Of a DNA stretch of 64,000 nt, positions 23,276 through 31,974 are shown piece by piece; position 1 is the stretch's first letter, and the number at the start of each line of letters is the position of its first letter. The position numbers were made by a program, and so were the translations under genes. Origin of the DNA: Escherichia coli (GTDB lineage Bacteria; Pseudomonadota; Gammaproteobacteria; Enterobacterales; Enterobacteriaceae); assembly GCF_036507355.1 (NCBI RefSeq), contig NZ_AP027877.1; one strand, given 5' to 3'. The notes beneath the pieces are model-generated. The model searched no databases, was not told the origin of the DNA, and saw only the letters and a program-made list of their open reading frames with translations.

Positions 23276-23469
23276 CCAACGCCATTCATGGCCATATCAA
23301 TGATTTTCTGGTGCGTACCGGGTTGAGAAGCGGTGTAAGTGAACTGCAGTTGCCATGTTTTACGGCAGTGAGAGCAGAGATAGCGCTGATGTCCGGCGGT
23401 GCTTTTGCCGTTACGCACCACCCCGTCAGTAGCTGAACAGGAGGGACAGCTGATAGAAACAGAAGCCAC
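23194..23469 (-). CDS. insA: IS1 InsA
   Basis: 91-aa [43 protein letters not shown]... Confidence 0.95.
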
Positions 23470-23548
23470 TGGAGCACCTCAAAAACACCATCATACACTA
23501 AATCAGTAAGTTGGCAGCATCACCGCCTGCCACGGTAATGACTCCAAC

Positions 23549-24052
23549 TTATTGATAGTGTTTTATGTTCAGATAATGCCCGATGACTTTGTCATGCAGC
23601 TCCACCGATTTTGAGAACGACAGCGACTTCCGTCCCAGCCGTGCCAGGTGCTGCCTCAGATTCAGGTTATGCCGCTCAATTCGCTGCGTATATCGCTTGC
23701 TGATTACGTGCAGCTTTCCCTTCAGGCGGGATTCATACAGCGGCCAGCCATCCGTCATCCATATCACCACGTCAAAGGGTGACAGCAGGCTCATAAGACG
23801 CCCCAGCGTCGCCATCGTGCGTTCACCGAATACGTGCGCAACAACCGTCTTCCGGAGCCTGTCATACGCGTAAAACAGCCAGCGCTGGCGCGATTTAGCC
23901 CCGACATAGCCCCACTGTTCGTCCATTTCCGCGCAGACGATGACGTCACTGCCCGGCTGTATGCGCGAGGTTACCGACTGCGGCCTGAGTTTTTTAAGTG
24001 ACGTAAAATCGTGTTGAGGCCAACGCCCATAATGCGGGCTGTTGCCCGGCAT
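23549..24052 (-). CDS. insB: IS1 InsB (copy 2)
   Basis: Identical to copy 1 InsB. Confidence 0.95.
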
Positions 24053-24246
24053 CCAACGCCATTCATGGCCATATCAATGATTTTCTGGTGCGTACCGGGT
24101 TGAGAAGCGGTGTAAGTGAACTGCAGTTGCCATGTTTTACGGCAGTGAGAGCAGAGATAGCGCTGATGTCCGGCGGTGCTTTTGCCGTTACGCACCACCC
24201 CGTCAGTAGCTGAACAGGAGGGACAGCTGATAGAAACAGAAGCCAC
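23971..24246 (-). CDS. insA: IS1 InsA (copy 2)
   Basis: Identical to copy 1 InsA. Confidence 0.95.
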
Positions 24247-24296
24247 TGGAGCACCTCAAAAACACCATCATACACTAAATCAGTAAGTTGGCAGCA

Positions 24297-25112
24297 TCAC
24301 CCTTCCTTGATTCTTTTTTCTTCTGCTATTCTGGCTTGCTCTTTTGCTTCAGCCTCGCGCCGGATTCGTTCAGCCTCCTCCTGTGCTTTTCTGCGTTCTG
24401 CTTCAATTGCTGCCTGCTTTTCTCTTTCAGCTCGTTCTGCTGCCTCTTTTGCTTCGCGCTGTGCTCTCTGCTCGGCTTCAATGCGTTCACGCTCTGCACG
24501 TTCCGCTGCGGCCTTAGCTTCTGCTTCTCGCCTTGCTGCTGCTTCAATTTCGGCTTTTGCCTTTGCTTCGGCTTCAGCTCTGGCTTTCTCTTCAGCTTCT
24601 CTTTTTAAGCGTTCTTCATGCTCTCGCTTTTCCTGCTCCGCTTTGAGTCTTGCCTCTTCTCTTTGGCGGTCAAATTCGCGATCCATCAAAATCGCTATTT
24701 CATGGTCAGACTCAATTTGCTTTGCGAGAGCTTCAGCTGCTGCCTTAGCTTCTTCTTCGGCTTTAATCCGCGCCTGTTCTTCCTCATAATCAGTAAGAGG
24801 CTGGCGCGCCTTGGCTTTCAGTTCATCAAGGCGATCGCGCACTGTCTTGCGGTTGGCATCAATTAGCTTTGGAATTTCCTTCAGTTCAGCAACAAGGTCT
24901 TTGCCAAGACCATCGAGATATGTTTTCGTCTGCGCAACTTTATACGCCAGAGAAGCGATCTCCTTTCTGCCCTTTGCCGTTGTGATATCAGGCACAAAGG
25001 ACATAACTTCACGTTCAACCTTTTGAAGGATTTCTTCAATCTGGTCGGCAGACTGAAATACAGTCATTGCATTTGCTTTTTCAATAACAACTAAATCTGT
25101 TACTTCACTCAT
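24297..25112 (-). CDS. Phage-associated coiled-coil protein with long K/E/A/R-rich repeat region; 3' end abuts IS1, stop codon created at junction
   Basis: ATG with strong RBS ggagga at 25112; low-complexity EAKAKAE/RREAEAK repeats; frame terminates using IS1 terminal bases. Confidence 0.55.
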   Translation of the reverse strand: MSEVTDLVVIEKANAMTVFQSADQIEEILQKVEREVMSFVPDITTAKGRKEIASLAYKVAQTKTYLDGLGKDLVAELKEIPKLIDANRKTVRDRLDELKAKARQPLTDYEEEQARIKAEEEAKAAAEALAKQIESDHEIAILMDREFDRQREEARLKAEQEKREHEERLKREAEEKARAEAEAKAKAEIEAAARREAEAKAAAERAERERIEAEQRAQREAKEAAERAEREKQAAIEAERRKAQEEAERIRREAEAKEQARIAEEKRIKEG

Positions 25113-25246
25113 ATATCCTCCATCAAAAAAATTGCCCTCACATCGGAGGGCAAAGAAGATTTCCAATAATCAGAACAAGTCGGCTCCTGTTTAGTTACGA
25201 GCGACATTGCTCCGTGTATTCACTCGTTGGAATGAATACACAGTGC

Positions 25247-25450
25247 TTATTCGCGAGCTTTGAGCATTGCGTCTGCAAACTTATATGCAGCGCTTGCTGC
25301 ATAATTAACAGCTCCATCAGAATCATTATCGATAATCGATGGATTGCTAATCATTGCTTGCATAGCCTTAGCAGCGAAGTAATCACGTAATGTCGCATCA
25401 CTTGCCATTTCTGGGCGTTTGATATCTGCTTCATAAAACTCGCACATCAT
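25247..25450 (-). CDS. Small hypothetical phage protein (67 aa)
   Basis: ORF with ATGATG start overlapping stop of an upstream fragment; no family assigned. Confidence 0.4.
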   Translation of the reverse strand: MMCEFYEADIKRPEMASDATLRDYFAAKAMQAMISNPSIIDNDSDGAVNYAASAAYKFADAMLKARE

Positions 25451-25617
25451 TCACCTCCCAGAGCCTTGCTGATTGCTGCAAGACCTTTATTAACAGCTCC
25501 ATACCATTCTGGATATGTTGTCGTTGTTCTATTTTTGGATTGCTTAAGTAATAACTGAAGTGCTTCGAGAAGGTCAGGTGCTGCCGCTATTAGATTGGCA
25601 TCTTCAATACATTGAAC
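25451..25617 (-). pseudogene. C-terminal fragment of a phage gene truncated by IS3-family element
   Basis: In-frame coding sequence ...DANLIAAAPDLLEALQLLLKQSKNRTTTTYPEWYGAVNKGLAAISKALGGE with stop overlapping next ATG; upstream continuation replaced by IS end at 25618. Confidence 0.4.
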
Positions 25618-25674
25618 TGAATCGCCACGGGTTTAACAGACACCTCAGAGTCATTTAAGATGGCTTAAAGAGAG

Positions 25675-25959
25675 GTGCCCATGAGCGGTAAGCGTTATCC
25701 CGAAGAGTTTAAAATTGAAGCAGTCAAACAGGTTGTTGATCGCGGTTATTCTGTTGCCAGCGTTGCAACACGTCTCGATATCACCACCCACAGCCTTTAC
25801 GCCTGGATAAAGAAGTACGGTCCGGATTCTTCCGCTAATAAAGAACAGTCAGATGCTCAGGCCGAGATCCGCCGTCTCCAGAAAGAGCTGAAGCGGGTTA
25901 CCGACGAACGGGACATATTAAAAAAAGCCGCGGCGTACTTCGCAAAGCTGTCCGACTGA
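25675..25959 (+). CDS. IS3-family transposase OrfA
   Basis: 94-aa MPMSGKRYPEEFKIEAVKQVV... HTH plus leucine zipper. Confidence 0.85.
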   Translation: MPMSGKRYPEEFKIEAVKQVVDRGYSVASVATRLDITTHSLYAWIKKYGPDSSANKEQSDAQAEIRRLQKELKRVTDERDILKKAAAYFAKLSD

Positions 25960-26015
25960 GGTACGCCTTTATCCGTGACAACACCTGTTGCTGGCCTGTT
26001 CGCCTGCTCTGTCGG

Positions 26016-26828
26016 GTGCTGGATGTTCATCCCAGTGGTTTTTACGCCTGGCTTCAGCAGCCGCATTCACAACGCCATCAGGCAGACCTGAGGCTGACAG
26101 GGCAGATTAAACAGTTCTGGCTGGAATCGGGATGCGTCTATGGTTATCGCAAAATCCATCTGGATCTGCGGGACAGCGGGCAACAGTGCGGAGTGAACAG
26201 AGTCTGGCGACTGATGAAACGTGTCGGGATAAAGGCTCAGGTCGGATACCGGAGCCCGCGGGCACGTAAAGGCGAGGCCAGTATCGTGTCGCCCAACAGG
26301 CTCCAGCGACAGTTCAATCCGGATGCTCCGGATAAGCGTTGGGTAACGGACATAACCTACATCAGGACCCACGAAGGCTGGCTGTATCTTGCCGTGGTTG
26401 TTGATCTGTTCTCACGCAAAATTATCGGCTGGTCCATGCAATCCCGGATGACAAAGGACATTGTCCTGAACGCACTGCTGATGGCTGTATGGCGCCGTAA
26501 TCCCCAAAAACAGGTGCTGGTTCATTCGGATCAGGGCAGTCAGTACACAAGCCATGAGTGGCAGTCGTTCCTGAAATCACACGGCCTGGATGGCAGCATG
26601 AGCCGTCGCGGTAACTGCCATGATAATGCGGTTGCAGAAAGCTTTTTCCAGTTGTTGAAACGCGAACGGATAAAGAAAAAGATCTACGGAACGCGGGAAG
26701 AAGCCCGCAGCGATATTTTTGATTACATCGAAATGTTTTATAACAGTAAGCGTCGGCATGGTTCCAGCGATCAGATGTCACCGACAGAATATGAAAACCA
26801 GTATTATCAACGGCTCGGAAGTGTCTAG
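26016..26828 (+). CDS. IS3-family transposase OrfB (DDE integrase domain); produced as OrfAB via -1 frameshift
   Basis: 270-aa ORF in -1 frame relative to orfA with DDE-type motifs (…WVTDITYI…HSDQGSQYTS…NAVAESFF…); frame continues back to slippery site. Confidence 0.85.
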   Translation: MLDVHPSGFYAWLQQPHSQRHQADLRLTGQIKQFWLESGCVYGYRKIHLDLRDSGQQCGVNRVWRLMKRVGIKAQVGYRSPRARKGEASIVSPNRLQRQFNPDAPDKRWVTDITYIRTHEGWLYLAVVVDLFSRKIIGWSMQSRMTKDIVLNALLMAVWRRNPQKQVLVHSDQGSQYTSHEWQSFLKSHGLDGSMSRRGNCHDNAVAESFFQLLKRERIKKKIYGTREEARSDIFDYIEMFYNSKRRHGSSDQMSPTEYENQYYQRLGSV

Positions 26829-26847
26829 ATTATCCGTGGCGATTCAA

Positions 26848-27236
26848 TATTGGCCTGATAATTGAAATTGATGACTCAGTATTCAATAATGCATCTAAAT
26901 TCGTAGGTGGTGTTGTTATTCTTGATAATCTAGTTTGTGAATGTAAGACCTATCTCAAAAGAATCGCTTTAAGTCGTATTAGCGGAAGTACTTTTGGCGC
27001 ATTCAACGGAACAGGTCTTACAATTAACGGAGCAAGAGAGATTTACATGGTAAACTCTGGTGGTCATTATAGTAATGACAATGCTATTCACTTAATCAAT
27101 GTGCGTAATAGTGTTTTTTCTGGCAGTAGTTTTACTAACGCTGTGAACTCATGTCTTCTTTTAGATGATTGTCACGACTTAACATTTACCAGTGTGAATG
27201 CTGGTTTTGTAGAGGTATACGAATAATGGCCAACAT
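26848..27236 (+). pseudogene. 3' fragment of a tailspike/beta-helix-like phage gene, truncated by the IS3-family element
   Basis: In-frame translation ...GGVVILDNLVCECKTYLKRIALSRISGSTFGAFNGTGLTINGAREIYMVNSGGHYSNDNAIHLINVRNSVFSGSSFTNAVNSCLLLDDCHDLTFTSVNAGFVEVYE* starts at IS boundary with no start codon. Confidence 0.5.
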
Positions 27237-27534
27237 AACCCCAAAGTATGGGTTCAACATATCAACAGGGTGCACAGGTATTATTTTAGTAGGTTGCACC
27301 AGTGCAGGTAATAGTATTGCAAACATAACTGGTGGCGGTTATGTAGATGGTAGCACTAGAGTATTAGCATGTAATGGCATGCCTGATTCAGTTATTGTTC
27401 TCCGTGGGTCTACTGCGGAGCGCCCTACAGCACCAGTCAGTGGGCAGATGTATTATGATACAACGCTAGGTCTTCCAATATGGTATAACGGCACAGCTTC
27501 ATCATGGCAGCGAGCTGATGGAACAAATACTTGA
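27229..27534 (+). CDS. Small tail-fibre-like protein (102 aa), function unknown
   Basis: ATG overlapping stop of preceding fragment (TAATGG); Gly/Thr/Ser-rich; ends near gtr module. Confidence 0.4.
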   Translation, partial: ANITPKYGFNISTGCTGIILVGCTSAGNSIANITGGGYVDGSTRVLACNGMPDSVIVLRGSTAERPTAPVSGQMYYDTTLGLPIWYNGTASSWQRADGTNT

Positions 27535-27579
27535 TTAATTTATGGCGCATCAATATAAAGTATCGATGCGCCATAATAA

Positions 27580-29067
27580 TCACTGACAAATGTTTTTGTC
27601 AAAATCAACTACAATAATATCATCATATGAGTATAAGTTATATTCATATGCTCTTTTAATCTTTGCGGTTGAGCAAAAGGTTTTTTCATTTAACACACTT
27701 GCAATGTTTGTATTCCCAGGGTGTTTAAAGTAAACTCCAACTCTATTCATATAAGGGAATGGCCAATCCCAATTATAGAAATACTCTGGGAAAAATCTAG
27801 ATATTAACGGGTAATTATTTCGTGCGTTTACAAAAACATCATTGTCTTTCTTTTTACCATTAAAAATAAGTATCTGATTTGTTTTTCCGCTTAACTCGAA
27901 AGCATCATTTTTAATCTGATGAAACAGAACTGTGGTTATGTTTTTTTCTTCTGTCATTGCATTTGTGTATGAACATAAAAAACCAAAAACATAAATCAGA
28001 GGAATTACAAGTATATATGTTATTGAATTTTTTGTTTCTCGCGAGAAAAGATAAACAATCATGAATAAGAACAACATCGTAGCAGAAAAACCGATCATCA
28101 CTCTTGGGGCGTCGATGTGATGCTGAAGTGGTAATAGAGTAGCAAAAGACAATATCAAAGCTGTTACTGGCGATGTTATTGTAATTAAAAAATTAATAAT
28201 ACCAGTAATACTTTTATTAGGTATTAATTTCTTTAGCGCGATAAATGTCGTCATTGCAATGAAAAATAAAAATATTACTATAAACGCAACTCGTCCTGAT
28301 TCCCCAAAAATACCACTAGATATTGAATGAAGATAAAATTTTAAGTTTTCATATATAACTGAAAAAATGCCTTCAGTTTTAATTGATGGGTGATCCGGGT
28401 CCCCAACAACAGTTAAAAATAAAGGAATAACCACCAAAAAATATAATGCAACACCTATAACTAATGATACCGTCTTTTCTATGAGGTAAGTTAATAGATG
28501 TCTGTTACTATCTGAGTTAAAGTACATGTAAACATATTTACACAGAATAATAACCAGCATGAAATTTAATGATGCTTGGTATATAGACAATATAAATAAT
28601 GTTAACAGGGCGGCAAAAGAAATATTTAAAATTGTCTTTTTGAAATTAAATATTACAACTGAGAATGACAATGCAATACTCATGAACATCGGTAAAACAT
28701 CAAAGCGATACATTGCATTTTCAATTAAAAATGGGCTTGATAAAATACCAAGAGGAACCAACAGTCCAATAAATTTATTATCTGTCGATATAAACATCCT
28801 GCTAAAAAAATACAGGCAAACAGATATCAAAAATACTGATAATATTGCAGGAAATGGGAATAAGTCCGTTATGTGCATGTTGAAATTCAATGCAATCATC
28901 AACATTTCAGCCAAAGGTCTACCATCCCTAGCCCATCCAGTATACCCCCATATAGCTCTTCCCTGATCATCTACATAATGAATATTTGCCATGATGATGG
29001 GGGTGAAATATATAAAAACAGATATCAAGAACCAATGGAAAGGTGTTTTGTTTTTATTTGCAATCAT
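27580..29067 (-). CDS. GtrC-like type-specific O-antigen glucosyltransferase (polytopic membrane protein)
   Basis: 495-aa ORF, multiple TM helices, strongly AT-rich, immediately downstream of gtrB with overlapping stop/start. Confidence 0.7.
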   Translation of the reverse strand: MIANKNKTPFHWFLISVFIYFTPIIMANIHYVDDQGRAIWGYTGWARDGRPLAEMLMIALNFNMHITDLFPFPAILSVFLISVCLYFFSRMFISTDNKFIGLLVPLGILSSPFLIENAMYRFDVLPMFMSIALSFSVVIFNFKKTILNISFAALLTLFILSIYQASLNFMLVIILCKYVYMYFNSDSNRHLLTYLIEKTVSLVIGVALYFLVVIPLFLTVVGDPDHPSIKTEGIFSVIYENLKFYLHSISSGIFGESGRVAFIVIFLFFIAMTTFIALKKLIPNKSITGIINFLITITSPVTALILSFATLLPLQHHIDAPRVMIGFSATMLFLFMIVYLFSRETKNSITYILVIPLIYVFGFLCSYTNAMTEEKNITTVLFHQIKNDAFELSGKTNQILIFNGKKKDNDVFVNARNNYPLISRFFPEYFYNWDWPFPYMNRVGVYFKHPGNTNIASVLNEKTFCSTAKIKRAYEYNLYSYDDIIVVDFDKNICQ

Positions 29068-29983
29068 TTTTCTGATCCTTTAAAACATATCTTGGGCGCT
29101 GCTTAACTTCAATATAAATACGTCCTATGTACTCTCCAAGTACACCAATACCAATTAGTTGTACGCCGCCAAGAAACAATATTGATACAAGAATTGAAGG
29201 GTATCCAGGTACATTATTACCAAAAATCAATTTATCAATTATCATCCATGAACCGTATGTAAATGATATACATGCAATAAATAACCCAATATAGGTCCAC
29301 ATGCGAAGCGGGAAAGTAGAAAAGCTAGTGATCCCTTCCAGCGCCAAGTTCCATAGCTTCCATCCATTGAACTTTGTGCTTCCTGCAACGCGTTCTGCTC
29401 GCGCATATTCTACGACATCGGTTCGACCACCAACCCAGCTCAGCACACCCTTCATAAACAGGTTTCGTTCTGGCATGAGCTTAATGTTTTCTACTACTTC
29501 GCGAGACATGAGCCGGAAGTCGCCAACATTCTCTTCTATCTGAGGGTTGCTGATTTTGTTATGAAGTTTATAGAACCACTCAGCAGATTTACGCTTCAGC
29601 CTGCTGTCAGTGGAGCGGTCAGAGCGTTTAGCCAGAACCATATCTGCACCGGCCTGCCATTTCTCTATCAAGTGAGGAATAACTTCGATAGGGTCTTGCA
29701 GATCAACGTCAATCGGGATAATTGCCTCCCCGGTAGCATGGTCCAGACCTGCGAACAGGGCGGGTTCTTTGCCGAAGTTACGTGTGAACGACAGCGAAAC
29801 CACAAGCGGGTCGGCAACAGCAAGCTCGTTGATAATTGATTCTGTAGCGTCTTTGCTGCCATCGTTTATGAAGACTATCTCGACTTCATGCTGCTGAAGC
29901 CCTTCAAATTCGCGCACGGTTTTATAAAAAATAGGTATCGTGGCCTCTTCGTTAAAGACCGGAACGACTAAAGAAATTTTCAT
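29054..29983 (-). CDS. gtrB: GtrB bactoprenol glucosyltransferase (GT2 family)
   Basis: 309-aa [16 protein letters not shown]...[10 protein letters not shown]...C-terminal TM helices; matches conserved GtrB. Confidence 0.9.
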   Translation of the reverse strand: MKISLVVPVFNEEATIPIFYKTVREFEGLQQHEVEIVFINDGSKDATESIINELAVADPLVVSLSFTRNFGKEPALFAGLDHATGEAIIPIDVDLQDPIEVIPHLIEKWQAGADMVLAKRSDRSTDSRLKRKSAEWFYKLHNKISNPQIEENVGDFRLMSREVVENIKLMPERNLFMKGVLSWVGGRTDVVEYARAERVAGSTKFNGWKLWNLALEGITSFSTFPLRMWTYIGLFIACISFTYGSWMIIDKLIFGNNVPGYPSILVSILFLGGVQLIGIGVLGEYIGRIYIEVKQRPRYVLKDQKNDCK

Positions 29984-30342
29984 TTCGCATCCCTAAAGAC
30001 AATGAACTTTGAATAGATGAAACCGCACACCAGGCTGATGGCGGAGAAGGTGACAAGAGTTATCATCGGGGGAAGTGCGCATCTATCAGCAGCCCATCCA
30101 ACAGTAGCACTGAGTGTTCCCATGAACCCGACATATAACATGTAGCGCATCGTTGTAGTTGATGCTTTGAATGTGAATTTTGCATTCGCGAAGAAGCTAA
30201 AACTCACAGCCACAACGAAACCTGCGAAGTTTGCCAGAGCCTGATTGGTATGCGCGGCATAGATACATACACCAAAAACCACCCAGTGTATAAGTGTGTT
30301 CAGCACACCAATCGAGGTGTACCTTGCAAATATATTTAACAT
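29980..30342 (-). CDS. gtrA: GtrA flippase (small 4-TM protein)
   Basis: 120-aa [31 protein letters not shown]...; overlaps gtrB start. Confidence 0.9.
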   Translation of the reverse strand: MLNIFARYTSIGVLNTLIHWVVFGVCIYAAHTNQALANFAGFVVAVSFSFFANAKFTFKASTTTMRYMLYVGFMGTLSATVGWAADRCALPPMITLVTFSAISLVCGFIYSKFIVFRDAK

Positions 30343-30685
30343 TTATTTAATCAATGAGTTCTGAAAGGTATGAAGTCTATCATCCAAGTCTCAATCGATC
30401 GATACTTGCGGTAGTTGATGAGGAAAACTCTGGTACACAAAGCTTTGCACTGGACTGCAAGGTGTTGTGCTTCTCTGGAGTGCGACATGTTTGATAACAA
30501 AAAATTAGCGCAAGAAGACAAAAAATCACCTTGCGCTAATGCTCTGTTACAGGTCACTAATACCATCTAAGTGGTTGATTCATAGTGACTGGATATGTTG
30601 TGTTTTGTCGCATTTTGCAGTCTATTATTTAACCGCGAATTCGTGTAATGCGATGATTTTTAAGTGATTAATATTATTTTGTCAT

Positions 30686-30697
30686 CCTTAAATAAGG
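30686..30697 (+). repeat. attR core: 12-bp direct repeat CCTTAAATAAGG
   Basis: Identical to 20637-20648; followed by aaagggtcATGATG of ibs. Confidence 0.7.
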
Positions 30698-30705
30698 AAA
30701 GGGTC

Positions 30706-30762
30706 ATGATGAAGTGGATCATCATCGTGGTGCTCTTAGTCATAAGCTTCCCGGCTTACTAA
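30706..30762 (+). CDS. ibs: Ibs-family type I toxin peptide (MMKWIIIVVLLVISFPAY), right half of the unit split by the island
   Basis: 18-aa hydrophobic ORF; upstream repeat-unit sequence replaced by island DNA. Confidence 0.75.
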   Translation: MMKWIIIVVLLVISFPAY

Positions 30763-30994
30763 GACTACCAGGGCGGGGGAAACCCCGCTCTACCCTCACT
30801 CCTGAAAGTATGCCTTCACGATAAGATTGTCAATCTGCAGGCTTTGCAGTCTGCGATCCTGCCAGCAAATATTCTTTGCGAGTCGTTACGCAATAATCAC
30901 AGAGGGAACTATTTTGTTCACGCGTTAGCGATAGACTGCATTCAGGGCGAAAGGAGGTAAGCCGACGATTTCAGCGGGACGCTGAAACGGGGAA

Positions 30995-31145
30995 CCCTCT
31001 CCCGGAGAAGAGGGCTTTTAATAAGGAAAGGGTTATGATGAAGCACGTCATCATACTGGTGATACTCTTAGTGATTAGCTTCCAGGCTTACTAAGAACAC
31101 CAGGGGGAGGGGGAAACCTCTCCCTAACCCTCACTCCTGAAATTA
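30995..31145 (-). ncRNA. sib: Sib-family antisense sRNA overlapping ibs copy 3; boundaries approximate
   Basis: Same unit architecture as 20290-20440, with hairpin gggaaccctctcccggagaagagggc upstream of the ibs RBS. Confidence 0.4.
31035..31094 (+). CDS. ibs: Ibs-family type I toxin peptide (MMKHVIILVILLVISFQAY)
   Basis: 19-aa hydrophobic ORF within complete repeat unit 3. Confidence 0.8.
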   Translation: MMKHVIILVILLVISFQAY

Positions 31146-31314
31146 TGTCACTCCGCCCTTAGTGTCAATCGACGGCTCTCCGTTCTTGCGAGGCGAATAG
31201 CAAAATTTTCTGCGCCGCCGGGACTAATTCTGAAAGTTTCTTCGTTTGCTCTTATTTCATTATTGCAGTCGGTATGATACCGGACCTTAATAATTCTCTA
31301 AGAAAGGATTTCTT

Positions 31315-31974
31315 ATGAGCGAACAAATCACGTTTGCCACCAGCGATTTTGCCAGTAACCCGGAACCACGTTGCCCCTGCATTCTGCTGCTGGATGTATC
31401 TGGCTCGATGAGCGGCAGACCTATTAATGAACTTAACGCCGGATTGGTTACCTTTCGTGATGAACTGCTTGCTGATCCGCTGGCTTTAAAAAGAGTGGAA
31501 CTCGGCATTGTGACGTTCGGCCCGGTGCATGTGGAACAACCCTTTACCAGCGCCGCTAACTTTTTCCCGCCCATCCTGTTTGCCCAGGGCGATACACCAA
31601 TGGGGGCCGCCATTACCAAAGCCCTGGATATGGTTGAAGAGAGGAAACGTGAGTACCGCGCAAATGGTATTTCGTATTATCGCCCGTGGATTTTCCTGAT
31701 CACCGATGGCGCTCCAACCGATGAGTGGCAGGCTGCCGCCAACAAAGTGTTTCAGGGGGAAGAAGATAAGAAGTTTGCCTTCTTTTCCATCGGTGTTCAG
31801 GGGGCGGATATGAAGACGCTGGCCCAAATCAGCGTCCGTCAGCCTTTGTCTCTGCAGGGATTACAATTCCGTGAACTGTTTAGCTGGTTATCCAGTTCGC
31901 TGCGTTCGGTTTCCCGCTCCACGCCGGGAACGGAAGTTGTGCTGGAAGCGCCAAAAGGCTGGACGTCAGTGTGA
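31315..31974 (+). CDS. yegL: von Willebrand factor A (vWA) domain protein YegL
   Basis: 219-aa ORF with MIDAS motif (DVSGSMSG); overlaps yegK start. Confidence 0.85.
   Translation: MSEQITFATSDFASNPEPRCPCILLLDVSGSMSGRPINELNAGLVTFRDELLADPLALKRVELGIVTFGPVHVEQPFTSAANFFPPILFAQGDTPMGAAITKALDMVEERKREYRANGISYYRPWIFLITDGAPTDEWQAAANKVFQGEEDKKFAFFSIGVQGADMKTLAQISVRQPLSLQGLQFRELFSWLSSSLRSVSRSTPGTEVVLEAPKGWTSV

Larger units (their letters stand above)
22757..23524 (-). mobile_element. IS1 copy 1 (768 bp)
   Basis: Ends match IS1 terminal inverted repeats (ggtaatgactccaacttattgat ... atcagtaagttggcagcatcacc); encodes InsA/InsB. Confidence 0.95.
23534..24301 (-). mobile_element. IS1 copy 2 (768 bp), tandem to copy 1
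   Basis: ORFs identical to copy 1 at a 777-bp offset; separated from copy 1 by 9 bp gcctgccac. Confidence 0.95.
25618..26846 (+). mobile_element. Complete IS3-family insertion sequence (about 1229 bp)
   Basis: 13-bp perfect terminal inverted repeats TGAATCGCCACGG ... CCGTGGCGATTCA; orfA and orfB with A-run slippery site at 25920-25926; flanking 3-bp sequences differ (no target duplication). Confidence 0.8.
20649..30685. mobile_element. Degraded prophage remnant / genomic island with integrase at one end and gtr O-antigen-modification cargo at the other
   Basis: Bounded by 12-bp direct repeats; interrupts an ibs/sib unit; contains integrase, IS elements, phage gene fragments and gtrABC. Confidence 0.75.

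Noticed and set aside
24288-24789. Plus-strand ORFs with bizarre Phe/Cys/Ser-rich repeats
   Set aside because: Antisense of the coiled-coil repeat gene; the low-complexity translation is an artefact of the GAAGC/GCTTC repeat.
30351-30566. 71-aa minus-strand ORF upstream of gtrA
   Set aside because: No RBS, lies in the promoter/att-proximal region, composition atypical; probably non-coding.
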